DNA of 64,000 bases. It comes from Bacteroidaceae bacterium. Its GTDB lineage: Bacteria > Bacteroidota > Bacteroidia > Bacteroidales > Bacteroidaceae. The position numbers and the translations under genes are program-made. Shown one piece after another: positions 29,733 through 39,065 of the stretch. The notes under the pieces were generated by a model. It made no database searches and had not been told where the DNA came from. It saw nothing but the letters and a program-made list of their open reading frames with translations. The stretch lies in contig JAZLIY010000104.1 of the NCBI GenBank assembly GCA_045617645.1, positions 69,830 to 133,829 on the forward strand, in the 5' to 3' direction. The first letter of the stretch is position 1. Each line of letters starts with the position of its first letter.

Positions 29733-30711
29733 CACAGCCAAACTAAGCATCATCGTGCCTTGCTACAATGTACCATTGGCTATGTTGAAAAAGTGCATTG
29801 AAAGCATGGAATTCATCGACACATTGATGAAATATGACGTATGGATTATAGACGACGGAAGCAAAGATGATGTCGTATGCAAATGGGTTACATCACTTGG
29901 ACGAGAGAACATTCATGCCATACGACAGGAAAATCTGGGTCCCGGGGGAGCCAGAAACACTGGAATTGAACAATCAAAAGGTGAATACATAACATTCGTA
30001 GATGCCGATGACTACCTAATATATGGTACATATTATTATATTTTAGAAAAACTGATACGGGAACAACCCGACATACTGTGCCACGGAACCCTTCAAGAAT
30101 ATTCCGGACCAGCCATCAAATACATGATGGACAAGGACATTTGTCCAAGTTGCTGTTCATACATTATTCGGAGAGAGACATTGGCAGACCTTCGTTTTTC
30201 ACCGTACATTTTCCATGAAGATGAGGAATTCTGCACTAAGTTGCATCTACTAAGGGCACATTTGCTGACAACCACGGAAAACGGCTATTTTTATCGGCTG
30301 AGGGATAATTCCATAACCCACAACAACAGCCAGGAAATAACAGAAAAAAGATTCAATGATTTCTTCACAGTCATGCAACACCTCCAGCAACTGGAGATAC
30401 GGCCCACTTATAGTAAAGCACTACAACGAAGACTTGACATCATGGCCATGTGCTACATTATCACATTACTTAGAGATACCACAAGTATACGGATGACTAT
30501 AGAAAAGTTGAAGAAATTAAAATCCCTGCACACCTACCCTCTCCCATTCCGTTGGCATGGGATTAGATATTTTATTATAATGTTAGCTACCATACACCCC
30601 ATAACTGTGCTTCTTTTGACTCCATTCACAAAAATAGCCTTGAAAATGCACAATGCGGGAAATGCGAAAAGGGCTTTTGTTGCTCATATAGACCATTGGA
30701 AAGACGTGTAA
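29725..30711 (+). CDS. Family 2 glycosyltransferase
   Basis: LSIIVPCYNVPLAMLKKCIESM...IIDDGSKDD...FVDADD. It overlaps the upstream gene by 8 nt. Confidence 0.9.
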   Translation: MDNTAKLSIIVPCYNVPLAMLKKCIESMEFIDTLMKYDVWIIDDGSKDDVVCKWVTSLGRENIHAIRQENLGPGGARNTGIEQSKGEYITFVDADDYLIYGTYYYILEKLIREQPDILCHGTLQEYSGPAIKYMMDKDICPSCCSYIIRRETLADLRFSPYIFHEDEEFCTKLHLLRAHLLTTTENGYFYRLRDNSITHNNSQEITEKRFNDFFTVMQHLQQLEIRPTYSKALQRRLDIMAMCYIITLLRDTTSIRMTIEKLKKLKSLHTYPLPFRWHGIRYFIIMLATIHPITVLLLTPFTKIALKMHNAGNAKRAFVAHIDHWKDV

Positions 30712-30755
30712 TCCATTAGCGTCCCAAGAATCTATTAAAAAACCGAAAAGTATAT

Positions 30756-31409
30756 TCACTCCAATTCTTCCGGAGAAGACAGAAATATAGTTGCACCATG
30801 TTCCATCAGAAATTGTCTGTCCCTAAATCCCCATAGAACACTGATGCATGGAAGACCAGAGTTTTCAGCTGTAAGTAGATCCACGTCACTATCACCCACA
30901 TAGACAGCCTCATCCTTTGATACGCCTAAATATCTAAGAGCCGCCAAGACCATATCGGGAGCAGGTTTTCTAGGCATCGACTCACATTCTCCAAGAGCAA
31001 CATCTACGTACTTTCCAAAAAATCGTTCTGACAGGAACGAAACAGCAGACTGCAATTTATTGCTTACAACAGCTATTAGAAAACCTTGTTCTTTCAGCCT
31101 CATCAACATAGGAAGTACCCCCTCATATGGACAAGTTGCATCCAAACTATGTTCCAAATAATGTCGACAAAAATCAGAATAGACCTTTTCAACCATTTCT
31201 TCGGAAGTGCTTTGAGGTACAGCCCTACATATAAGTTTATGAACACCATTTCCCACGAAATGCCGGACCTCTTCAACAGTCCTTTCTGGCATCCCGTGGG
31301 AACGTAGTGCATAATTTGTGCTTGCTGTCAAATCCTGCAATGTATCCAGTAGTGTACCATCCAAATCAAAGACAATGGCACGTACCGAATTCGGTAAAAA
31401 ATCAGCCAT
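30756..31409 (-). CDS. gph: HAD family hydrolase, phosphoglycolate phosphatase-like
   Basis: IVFDLDGTLLDT, VVSNK and GDSDVDLLTAENSG motifs. Confidence 0.8.
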   Translation of the reverse strand: MADFLPNSVRAIVFDLDGTLLDTLQDLTASTNYALRSHGMPERTVEEVRHFVGNGVHKLICRAVPQSTSEEMVEKVYSDFCRHYLEHSLDATCPYEGVLPMLMRLKEQGFLIAVVSNKLQSAVSFLSERFFGKYVDVALGECESMPRKPAPDMVLAALRYLGVSKDEAVYVGDSDVDLLTAENSGLPCISVLWGFRDRQFLMEHGATIFLSSPEELE

Positions 31410-32856
31410 TATTAATGCTTTCCTTCACTGCCTCAAACATTTCAGACGCATCAATCTGTTTGAATGACTTCAAGAATTTAATCTGATAGTTAACCAGCGC
31501 ATCAGAGAAAATGTTCTTATCCGTATAGATGGAACGATCCTTTTCCAACTCATCACCGGCTTCAGCACAAGAAGCAGGCAACTGCTCCAAACTATTAAGC
31601 AAAGCTTCATTGCTTGCGTCGTGAATATTTACGCCAAGGCCCACATATGTTTTCTCTGCAACAGCATTGGCTTCTGCTGATTCGAAACCATATCGTGCCG
31701 CACAACAGAGAGCCGCCATTAGCAAATACATATCAGCAAACGCATCACTTGCACGCCATTCAAACGTCTGCTTGTAACTGTATTCTGGCATAAAACTCCA
31801 GCCAAGAGGAACGCGAACTAAAGCGCTTCTATTAGAGAAACTCCAACAGAGAGAGGTAGGTGCTTCCTGATGAGGAACAAGACGCTGGAAAGATAACGGA
31901 TGAGGATTGCCCCATGCAGGTAACGATGTACCAGCCATCATGAAACCAGCAATAGCCTTTTTAAACGCCTCACTGACACTTTCAGAACCCGACGCCTGAA
32001 GCAATGGATTAGCTTTTCCGTCCAAGCTAGAGAACTTACAATGAACATGCATTCCAGAGCCAGCCTTTCCCGTAGTAATTTTGGGCGCAAAAGTCAGTTC
32101 CACTCCGTATTCATAAGCCAGTTGGCGCATTACCCACTTTGCAAGCACAAGCTGGTCGGCTGCGTCTTCGATATTCGTTGGCAGGAACTCTATTTCGTTC
32201 TGTTCGTAGTTTTTACCATCCTGAGTAAAATTGCCGACTTCTGAATGACCATATTTAATTAGCCCTCCGCATTGAGCGATAAGTCTCATTGCCTCTGTAC
32301 GCAGGTCGGCATACTTACAGAAAGGCTTACTTGCATGATAGCCACGTTGATCTGGAACCTGATACAATTCCTCTGCATCACCTATGATGTAATACTCCAA
32401 CTCGCCCATAGTTTCCATCTGAAGGCCTGTTTGTTGTTTGAATACCTCATTTGCCTTATGAAGGATATACTGAGGAGAACTCTCAAAAGGTTCACCATCA
32501 CGATTCAAATAAGAACAAAGGAAATCTACAGCTGGAACTTCATAGAATGGATTCAAGAATGCCGTACTCAATCGAGGCATTACATACAGGTCACTCTTTC
32601 CTGCTTCAATGAAGGGGAACAAAGAAGAACCATCGACACGTTCACCGGCAGTAAGGATTTCTTCCAAATGAGCCTGAGAGTTTAGAACGAAGTTCAAAGT
32701 CTTCAGTTTGCCGTCCCATCCACAATAATGGAAATTTACAAACTCTACGTTATTTTCAACACAATACCGCACGATATCCTCGTGGGTGAAATCCTTGGGT
32801 GACTTCTGCAGGAACTGCACCAAGCGATTCGGATTCATGGAAAATTTCTTGTCCAT
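31402..32856 (-). CDS. Glutamine synthetase family protein (type I-like, 484 aa)
   Basis: Beta-grasp N-domain (VEFVNFHYCGWDGKLKTL), a catalytic domain with MGELEYYI, GHSEVG...QNEIEF and KAGSGMHVH motifs. Confidence 0.85.
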   Translation of the reverse strand: MDKKFSMNPNRLVQFLQKSPKDFTHEDIVRYCVENNVEFVNFHYCGWDGKLKTLNFVLNSQAHLEEILTAGERVDGSSLFPFIEAGKSDLYVMPRLSTAFLNPFYEVPAVDFLCSYLNRDGEPFESSPQYILHKANEVFKQQTGLQMETMGELEYYIIGDAEELYQVPDQRGYHASKPFCKYADLRTEAMRLIAQCGGLIKYGHSEVGNFTQDGKNYEQNEIEFLPTNIEDAADQLVLAKWVMRQLAYEYGVELTFAPKITTGKAGSGMHVHCKFSSLDGKANPLLQASGSESVSEAFKKAIAGFMMAGTSLPAWGNPHPLSFQRLVPHQEAPTSLCWSFSNRSALVRVPLGWSFMPEYSYKQTFEWRASDAFADMYLLMAALCCAARYGFESAEANAVAEKTYVGLGVNIHDASNEALLNSLEQLPASCAEAGDELEKDRSIYTDKNIFSDALVNYQIKFLKSFKQIDASEMFEAVKESINNG

Positions 32857-32871
32857 AATTATAAAAAATTA

Positions 32872-34635
32872 TTATTGTTCAACGGAGACTAATTGCAAAT
32901 AAAGTTCATCCAACTGTTTCTGATCCAAGTAACCAGGAGCATCCAACATTACATCACGTCCACTATTATTCTTCGGGAATGCGATACAGTCACGAATACT
33001 ATCAAGACCGGCAAAGAGGCTGACCCAACGATCCAAACCATACGCCAAACCTCCGTGTGGAGGTGCCCCATACTTGAAAGCATTCATCAGGAAACCAAAT
33101 TGTTCTTGGGCCTTTTCGGGCGTGAATCCAAGTATCTGGAACATCTTTGCCTGTAAATTCTGATCATGGATACGGATGCTACCGCCACCAACTTCCACTC
33201 CATTGCACACCATATCGTAGGCGTCGGCACGAACGGCTGCCGGATCAGTATCCAACAAGGGAATATCCTCGTCCTTGGGATGTGTAAAAGGATGGTGCAT
33301 TGCCATAAGACGGCCTTCTTCTTCACTCCATTCAAACATGGGAAAATCCACTACCCACAACAGACTGAACTTATTCTTATCACGAAGTCCCATACGGGCA
33401 CCCATTTCCAAGCGAAGTTCACACAACTGTTTGCGCACCTTCATTGCATCATCACCGCTCAGAATCAGAATCAGGTCGCCAGGTTTGGCTGCAAAGGCAT
33501 CTTTTAGTTTGTTCATCACTTCTGGAGCATAGAACTTATCAACGCTACTCTTTACGCTACCGTCTTCTTGAACTCGCGCATAAACAAGCCCCTTGGCACC
33601 AACCTGAGGACGCTTGACAAAATCCGTTAACTGATCAAGTTGCTTACGAGTATAAATGCCTTGTCCCTCAGCACAAATACCACCAATATATACAGCATCG
33701 TTGAATACAGAGAATTCACCTGTACCCTTCAGCACATCCATCAGTTCTACGAAATGCATGTCAAAACGAGTGTCAGGTTTATCTGACCCATATAGACGCA
33801 TCGCATCTGTCCATGTCATTCTTGGGAAAGCATCCGCCAACTCTACTCCACGCAGTTCCTTAAATAAATGCTTTGCCATTCCCTCGAAAAGTTGAATAAT
33901 GTCTTCTTGTTGGACAAAAGACATCTCACAATCAATCTGAGTAAACTCTGGCTGACGGTCTGCACGAAGGTCCTCATCACGGAAACACTTCACAATCTGG
34001 AAATATCGGTCCATACCAGCCACCATCAGCAGCTGCTTTAATGTCTGTGGACTCTGAGGAAGAGCATAGAACTGGCCTGGATTCATACGGCTAGGAACAA
34101 CAAAGTCACGTGCTCCTTCAGGCGTAGAACCAATGAGCATAGGTGTCTCAATCTCCAAAAATCCTTTGCTGTCCAAATAACGGCGGACCTCCATCGTCAT
34201 ACGATGGCGGAGTTCCAGGTTTTGACGTACAATAGGACGACGAAGATCCAAATAGCGGTATTTCATGCGAATATCATCACCACCATCTGAATTCTCTTCA
34301 ATCGTGAAAGGAGGAGTCAAGCTCTCATTCAAGACGTTCATTTCAGAAACAAGAATTTCAATGTCTCCCGTAGGGATATTCTTGTTTTTAGAATATCTTT
34401 CAGCAACAACACCTGTTGCCTGAATAACATATTCACGTCCCAATTTGCCTGCTTTTAGGCGCAATTCCTCTGGTGCTTCTTCGGTAAAAGCCAATTGTGT
34501 AATACCATAACGATCGCGCAAATCGACAAAAGTCAATGCCCCCAGATTATGAACACTTTGTACCCATCCTGCAAGAGTCACTTTTTCCCCTGCATTGGCA
34601 AGCCTCAGCTCACCACATGTTTTACTTCTGTACAT
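32872..34635 (-). CDS. aspS: Aspartate--tRNA ligase
   Basis: [11 protein letters not shown]...GWV...RDRYGITQL (OB fold), class II motifs [18 protein letters not shown] and GGGSIRIH...[13 protein letters not shown]. Confidence 0.95.
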   Translation of the reverse strand: MYRSKTCGELRLANAGEKVTLAGWVQSVHNLGALTFVDLRDRYGITQLAFTEEAPEELRLKAGKLGREYVIQATGVVAERYSKNKNIPTGDIEILVSEMNVLNESLTPPFTIEENSDGGDDIRMKYRYLDLRRPIVRQNLELRHRMTMEVRRYLDSKGFLEIETPMLIGSTPEGARDFVVPSRMNPGQFYALPQSPQTLKQLLMVAGMDRYFQIVKCFRDEDLRADRQPEFTQIDCEMSFVQQEDIIQLFEGMAKHLFKELRGVELADAFPRMTWTDAMRLYGSDKPDTRFDMHFVELMDVLKGTGEFSVFNDAVYIGGICAEGQGIYTRKQLDQLTDFVKRPQVGAKGLVYARVQEDGSVKSSVDKFYAPEVMNKLKDAFAAKPGDLILILSGDDAMKVRKQLCELRLEMGARMGLRDKNKFSLLWVVDFPMFEWSEEEGRLMAMHHPFTHPKDEDIPLLDTDPAAVRADAYDMVCNGVEVGGGSIRIHDQNLQAKMFQILGFTPEKAQEQFGFLMNAFKYGAPPHGGLAYGLDRWVSLFAGLDSIRDCIAFPKNNSGRDVMLDAPGYLDQKQLDELYLQLVSVEQ

Positions 34636-34660
34636 TATATAAAATTTAAATCACATTCAA

Positions 34661-34694
34661 GCAAAAAGAGGATGAACCTCTCAGTTCATCCTCT
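34661..34694 (-). terminator. Rho-independent terminator after the tRNA-Lys pair
   Basis: An 11-bp perfect stem (34667-34677 with 34684-34694). On the minus strand it is followed by TTTTT. Confidence 0.8.
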
Positions 34695-34698
34695 CTTG

Positions 34699-34771
34699 TA
34701 CGCCCTCAGGGGCTCGAACCCTGGACCCATTGATTAAGAGTCAATTGCTCTACCAACTGAGCTAAGGACGC
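34699..34771 (-). tRNA. tRNA-Lys (anticodon CTT), copy 2 in transcription order
   Basis: Reverse complement: GCGTCCT/TA/GCTC-AGTTGGTA-GAGC/A/ATTGA-CTCTTAA-TCAAT/GGGTC/CAGGG-TTCGAGC-CCCTG/AGGGCGT/A. It is 73 nt. Confidence 0.9.
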
Positions 34772-34791
34772 ATCGCAAATATTTATTTTCG

Positions 34792-34864
34792 TACGCCCTC
34801 AGGGGCTCGAACCCTGGACCCATTGATTAAGAGTCAATTGCTCTACCAACTGAGCTAAGGACGC
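34792..34864 (-). tRNA. tRNA-Lys (anticodon CTT), copy 1 in transcription order
   Basis: Identical 73-nt sequence to 34699-34771, separated from it by a 20-nt spacer. Confidence 0.9.
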
Positions 34865-34886
34865 ATACGTTTCCGATTTGCGGTTG

Positions 34887-34894
34887 CAAAGGTA
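34887..34894 (-). promoter_or_regulatory. Bacteroidetes -7 box (TAccTTTG on minus strand) for the tRNA-Lys pair
   Basis: Reverse complement of caaaggta. It lies 22 nt upstream of the first tRNA. Confidence 0.5.
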
Positions 34895-34945
34895 TGAACT
34901 TTTCTCGAAACAGCCAAATCTTTTTAGGCCGTTTTTTCAAAAAAC

Positions 34946-35746
34946 TTACAATTCATAAACATCGGATGGAACTTTCCGACGAAGAACTTCCAATTCAAAA
35001 TCCACCCCGGGTACAATACCGTAGCCACGCATTATACCTTCTACCGTTTTCCGCGCAAGCTCTGGATGATTATTTTCTTCGCTCAAGTGGCATAACCACA
35101 CGTTACGCAGCTTGGGAGTTCCATGTTCTGCGATCAGTTTTGCTGATTCATTGTTGCACAAATGTCCACGACCACTGCGAATACGACCTTTCAGATGAGC
35201 CGGATAAGTACCCATCATCAGCATATCTACATCATGGTTTGCCTCTACAACCAAATAATTGGCATTGCCGACCTCTTCTTCTATGTCGTGGGTTACATGC
35301 CCAACATCTGTTATCAGGCAGAATGTCTTACCTTCGGCTTCTATCCGATAACCCACACAGTCGCTACTGTCATGGGGAACTTCGAATGGGGTCACCTGAA
35401 AGTCACCAATGGATATGGTTTTATTTTTCTCCAGAAGCCTTGTAAATTCCGGAGTCAACTTACTTGTTATACAATAGTTTCTATTGATGCCTAAATGCAC
35501 CAATTCTGTAGCATAGATCAGGCGATTCAGTTCATTAGCCAAATACCCTACAGACTTTATGTGGTCGGCATGATCATGTGTTATCAGCACGGCATCCACG
35601 TCTTCCACATGTATGTCCAACTCACGGGAATAACGCTTTAAAGTACGAACTGTAAGTCCTGCATCTATCAATATTTTTGTATTATCTGTTGACAGATAAT
35701 AGCAGTTTCCGCTACTGCCAGAGCCTAATGATATGAACTTAATCAT
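34946..35746 (-). CDS. MBL-fold metallo-hydrolase (YycJ/WalJ-like)
   Basis: MIKFISLGSGSSGNCYYL...ILIDAGL...ITHDHADHI. Confidence 0.85.
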   Translation of the reverse strand: MIKFISLGSGSSGNCYYLSTDNTKILIDAGLTVRTLKRYSRELDIHVEDVDAVLITHDHADHIKSVGYLANELNRLIYATELVHLGINRNYCITSKLTPEFTRLLEKNKTISIGDFQVTPFEVPHDSSDCVGYRIEAEGKTFCLITDVGHVTHDIEEEVGNANYLVVEANHDVDMLMMGTYPAHLKGRIRSGRGHLCNNESAKLIAEHGTPKLRNVWLCHLSEENNHPELARKTVEGIMRGYGIVPGVDFELEVLRRKVPSDVYEL

Positions 35747-35840
35747 TCTAAATTATTTCTTTCCAAATACAAAATTACTATTTTGCCTCTTTTTACACAA
35801 ATTTTAAGGAAAATAATATTTGAAAAGGAATAAAAAACAA

Positions 35841-38093
35841 TCAGAATGGCAGACCTACGGCAAAATGTATGCTGAAATCACGCCCAAAATTAGGATGTAT
35901 GACAGGATAATGATGACATGCATCTGTATAGGCTGGATTCAGGGCTTTCATACCTCCATCCAGTCGCAGGATAAAATAGTCAAAATTCAACCTAACACCC
36001 AAACCATAAGCCACAGCAATCTGCTTCCAGAAAGATTCAAGTCGGAACTGTCCACCAGGTTGGTCCACATAGTTGCGTATGGTCCAAATGTTTCCTGCAT
36101 CAACAAATGCTGCACCATGAATTTTCCAGAACAAGTGCGTTCTGTATTCTATATTCATGTCCAGTTTTATGTCACCCGTCTGGTTTATGAAGTCAATCCG
36201 ACCATCATGTCCACGGAATGTACCAGGCCCCAATTCACGAACGCTCCATCCACGTACACTATTGGCACCACCGCTAAAATATCGTTTTTCATACGGAAGG
36301 ATAGAGGAGTTTCCATAAGGATAAGCCACACCTAATCCAAAATGTAAAGCCATAGAATTACTTTGGTCGAATCGGAAACTTTTTGTGAAATCTATATCTG
36401 CTTTAGCGTACTGGGCATAAGCTATACTCATCAAGGTATATTGACTCTCATCATTTTTGGCCGTACCGAACAGATTGGAAATACCATATAGAAAATTTCC
36501 GCTTGTTTCAATGCCTACTCGCAACGTATAGGCATTTGTACCATAGTTCGAAGTCGCACCGTTCAAAGGTTGGGAATTCAAAGTAAAATTGTATCCCCAT
36601 TTCATGATGAAAAGGTTTTCATAGTTGTAGCGCAAGATGGCATTTCTATTCTCAGGGTCATCCAGATATCTATGCCTGAAAGTCTCACTTATCCAAGGCA
36701 TGAAAACATAGTTCAAATCCAAGAGGTCAATCCTATGCAGGAGGAGTCGATTGAAACGATTCCAGCGATATCGCCACGCGGCTGTCACGACCCTACGATG
36801 AAATTCTGGCCTGTTTTGGGAGTCGAACATCAGACTCAACTCACTAGAAGCCTGTACTGAACGACGAAATTGTTCATTCAGGAAAGGAAACTTGAAATCA
36901 GGGAATGAAACACCTGTTTCGGCACTATATTCAATATAATCCTGATCCTGATAGCCATTGAGCCCCTTGATGGCTTCATACGCCCCACGCAATTTGATAT
37001 TGAAGAGTTCCGAACCATGGAAAATATTTCTGTTCATATATGTCAGTCCTACTGCAGCACCCAGGTCACCGGCAGAGTTTGTCCCCTCCAATTCTGCATT
37101 AATGGCATTCAATCTACTGGGAGTCAGCACCACCTGGGCATCCAAAAGCGTACTGTCTTGTTCTCTCTCACGGAATCGGACATTGGTGCTCATTACAGCC
37201 CCCAAACGCATCAACCGGGCATAAGTCTGTTGAACATTTTCCTCACTATATATGTCTCCGCTATGCAGTTCGTTTGCACGATTCAACACCTTGTCACGAA
37301 CATAGCTTTTATTCACAGAAGTCGAATCGTAGCGCAATTCTACTGTTCCCAATCGATATTGTATGTGAGGTTGCAATGCTGTTCCGTTATTCGGACGATA
37401 TTGCGACAAATGCATGGTCAGGTTGGCCATATTGCAATGAAGAGCCGTATCTGCTTCAAAATACACATTGTCCTTGTTAAACTTATAAAAACCATTGTTG
37501 GCCAAAAGTGTATTGATGCGTGAACGCTCATTGTCAAAAACATTCAAGTCAAAATTCATGCCTTCATGCAAAAGCGACTCTTTTCCATGTTCTTGTAATA
37601 CAGAATCCACATAAGCATCTTGAATGTCATACCGAATGGACTTAACAGAAAATCGTTTTTTAGGATCTACACGAAACAGCAAATGTACCTTGTCTTTATG
37701 AACAAGTTTCAGCATCTCTACATCAGCGTTCAGATAGCCAAGATTCCTGACGGCAGACCTTATATTTTCCTTGGTTTTTATGGCCATGGTTTCATCATAA
37801 ATCACAGGTGCTTCACCCATTTTACGTATGAAACGGTTTATACGCTTAGTACTGTCGGTACCAGAAAGGGAATATATACCCAGAGGAACTTTGAATATAG
37901 AAAACCATTTTCTGTTTGGATGCTGACGAATATAGCCTTGCAGGGGAACGATGTTCAGTTCCGTACTGTCAGAATAAAGACTCACCCTGTCCAACATATA
38001 GTTATCCTCGGGGATAAAACGCGAGACAGAGCAAGACGATAGTACATACACTACTATAGTCAAAAAGAAAATCTTATGTACCAAACGATTCAC
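35841..38093 (-). CDS. Omp85/BamA-TamA family outer membrane protein (surface antigen D15 barrel)
   Basis: 750 aa with POTRA-like N-terminal repeats. The C-terminal barrel has FSGGANSVRGW and ends in F (..FAVGLPF). The exact start is uncertain: GTG at 38093 sits only 4 nt from a -7 box. Confidence 0.8.
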   Translation of the reverse strand: MNRLVHKIFFLTIVVYVLSSCSVSRFIPEDNYMLDRVSLYSDSTELNIVPLQGYIRQHPNRKWFSIFKVPLGIYSLSGTDSTKRINRFIRKMGEAPVIYDETMAIKTKENIRSAVRNLGYLNADVEMLKLVHKDKVHLLFRVDPKKRFSVKSIRYDIQDAYVDSVLQEHGKESLLHEGMNFDLNVFDNERSRINTLLANNGFYKFNKDNVYFEADTALHCNMANLTMHLSQYRPNNGTALQPHIQYRLGTVELRYDSTSVNKSYVRDKVLNRANELHSGDIYSEENVQQTYARLMRLGAVMSTNVRFREREQDSTLLDAQVVLTPSRLNAINAELEGTNSAGDLGAAVGLTYMNRNIFHGSELFNIKLRGAYEAIKGLNGYQDQDYIEYSAETGVSFPDFKFPFLNEQFRRSVQASSELSLMFDSQNRPEFHRRVVTAAWRYRWNRFNRLLLHRIDLLDLNYVFMPWISETFRHRYLDDPENRNAILRYNYENLFIMKWGYNFTLNSQPLNGATSNYGTNAYTLRVGIETSGNFLYGISNLFGTAKNDESQYTLMSIAYAQYAKADIDFTKSFRFDQSNSMALHFGLGVAYPYGNSSILPYEKRYFSGGANSVRGWSVRELGPGTFRGHDGRIDFINQTGDIKLDMNIEYRTHLFWKIHGAAFVDAGNIWTIRNYVDQPGGQFRLESFWKQIAVAYGLGVRLNFDYFILRLDGGMKALNPAYTDACHHYPVIHPNFGRDFSIHFAVGLPF

Positions 38094-38097
38094 AAGA

Positions 38098-38105
38098 CAA
38101 AGGTA
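38098..38105 (-). promoter_or_regulatory. Bacteroidetes -7 box (TAccTTTG on minus strand)
   Basis: Reverse complement of caaaggta, immediately upstream of the Omp85-family ORF. Confidence 0.45.
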
Positions 38106-38212
38106 CTACAAAAAAATCAGAATTTTCAACTCGCCACACATAATATTATTAGAATATACACAATTTAGTTAGATGAATGATGATTGCATAATGAATTAAT
38201 GTAAAAAATCAT

Positions 38213-38220
38213 TAACTTTG
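38213..38220 (+). promoter_or_regulatory. Bacteroidetes -7 box TAacTTTG
   Basis: taactttg lies 21 nt upstream of the ATG at 38241. Confidence 0.5.
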
Positions 38221-38240
38221 TACAGGAAATTATCAGACAC

Positions 38241-38990
38241 ATGATTAGTAAGGCCAAAATAAAGCTTATACACTCACTGGAAATACGGAAATATAGACGG
38301 GAGTCTGGATTGTTTGTTGCAGAGGGGCACAAACTTGTCAACGAGATGTTGGTAAGTTGGAAACCAGCATATATTGCAGCCCTTCCACAATGGATAGGAA
38401 AGAACGATGAACGCATAAAAGGTTGTGAATACGATATTGTTACAGAGGAAGAACTCTCCAAGGCAAGCCTGCTCAAAACCCCTCAGAACATACTGGCTCT
38501 ATTCCGCATACCGAATGATTCGTTGAATATAAGCCGTCTAAACAACAAACTAACCATCGCTCTTGACGGTGTACAGGATCCAGGAAATTTGGGAACAATT
38601 TGTCGCATAGCTGACTGGTTTGGCATTGAAGACATCCTTTGTAGCAAGGAAACAGCCGATGTATATAGCCCCAAGGCTATACAAGCTACCATGGGAGCTT
38701 TGGCAAGGGTCAGAGTGCATTACATCGACTTACCAGACGTGCTGAAACAGGTACACGTCCCCATCTATGGGACCTTCCTGGACGGGGAAAATTTCTACGC
38801 CAAGGAGCTAGAACAAAATGGAATTATAGTTATGGGAAACGAAGGAAAAGGCATCAGCCCTCAAATCAAGGAACTTGTAAACGAGATGTTGTTCATTCCC
38901 AACTATCCAGCAGGCCGTTCAACAACCGACAGTCTCAATGTTGCAATTGCCACAAGCATTATCTGTGCAGAGTTCCGCAGAAGGAGCTGA
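38241..38990 (+). CDS. TrmH/SpoU family RNA 2'-O-methyltransferase
   Basis: LDGVQDPGNLGTICRIADWFG, MGNEGKGIS and SLNVAIATSI motifs. Confidence 0.85.
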   Translation: MISKAKIKLIHSLEIRKYRRESGLFVAEGHKLVNEMLVSWKPAYIAALPQWIGKNDERIKGCEYDIVTEEELSKASLLKTPQNILALFRIPNDSLNISRLNNKLTIALDGVQDPGNLGTICRIADWFGIEDILCSKETADVYSPKAIQATMGALARVRVHYIDLPDVLKQVHVPIYGTFLDGENFYAKELEQNGIIVMGNEGKGISPQIKELVNEMLFIPNYPAGRSTTDSLNVAIATSIICAEFRRRS

Positions 38991-39065
38991 CATTTACGAC
39001 AAGAAGCAACAAGTAAAATATCAATAATAGACTATTTTTAGAAATTTACAAAAAATTTAATCTAT

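Noticed and set aside
26073-30760. Genomic island integrated at tRNA-Cys
   Set aside because: I could find no direct repeat of the tRNA-Cys 3' end at the far side of the glycosyltransferase locus. There is also no integrase or mobility gene. I keep it only as a possibly variable locus.
34894-35445. 183-aa plus-strand ORF that starts inside the tRNA-Lys promoter region
   Set aside because: It is antisense to the MBL-fold hydrolase gene, and its ATG overlaps the minus-strand -7 box.
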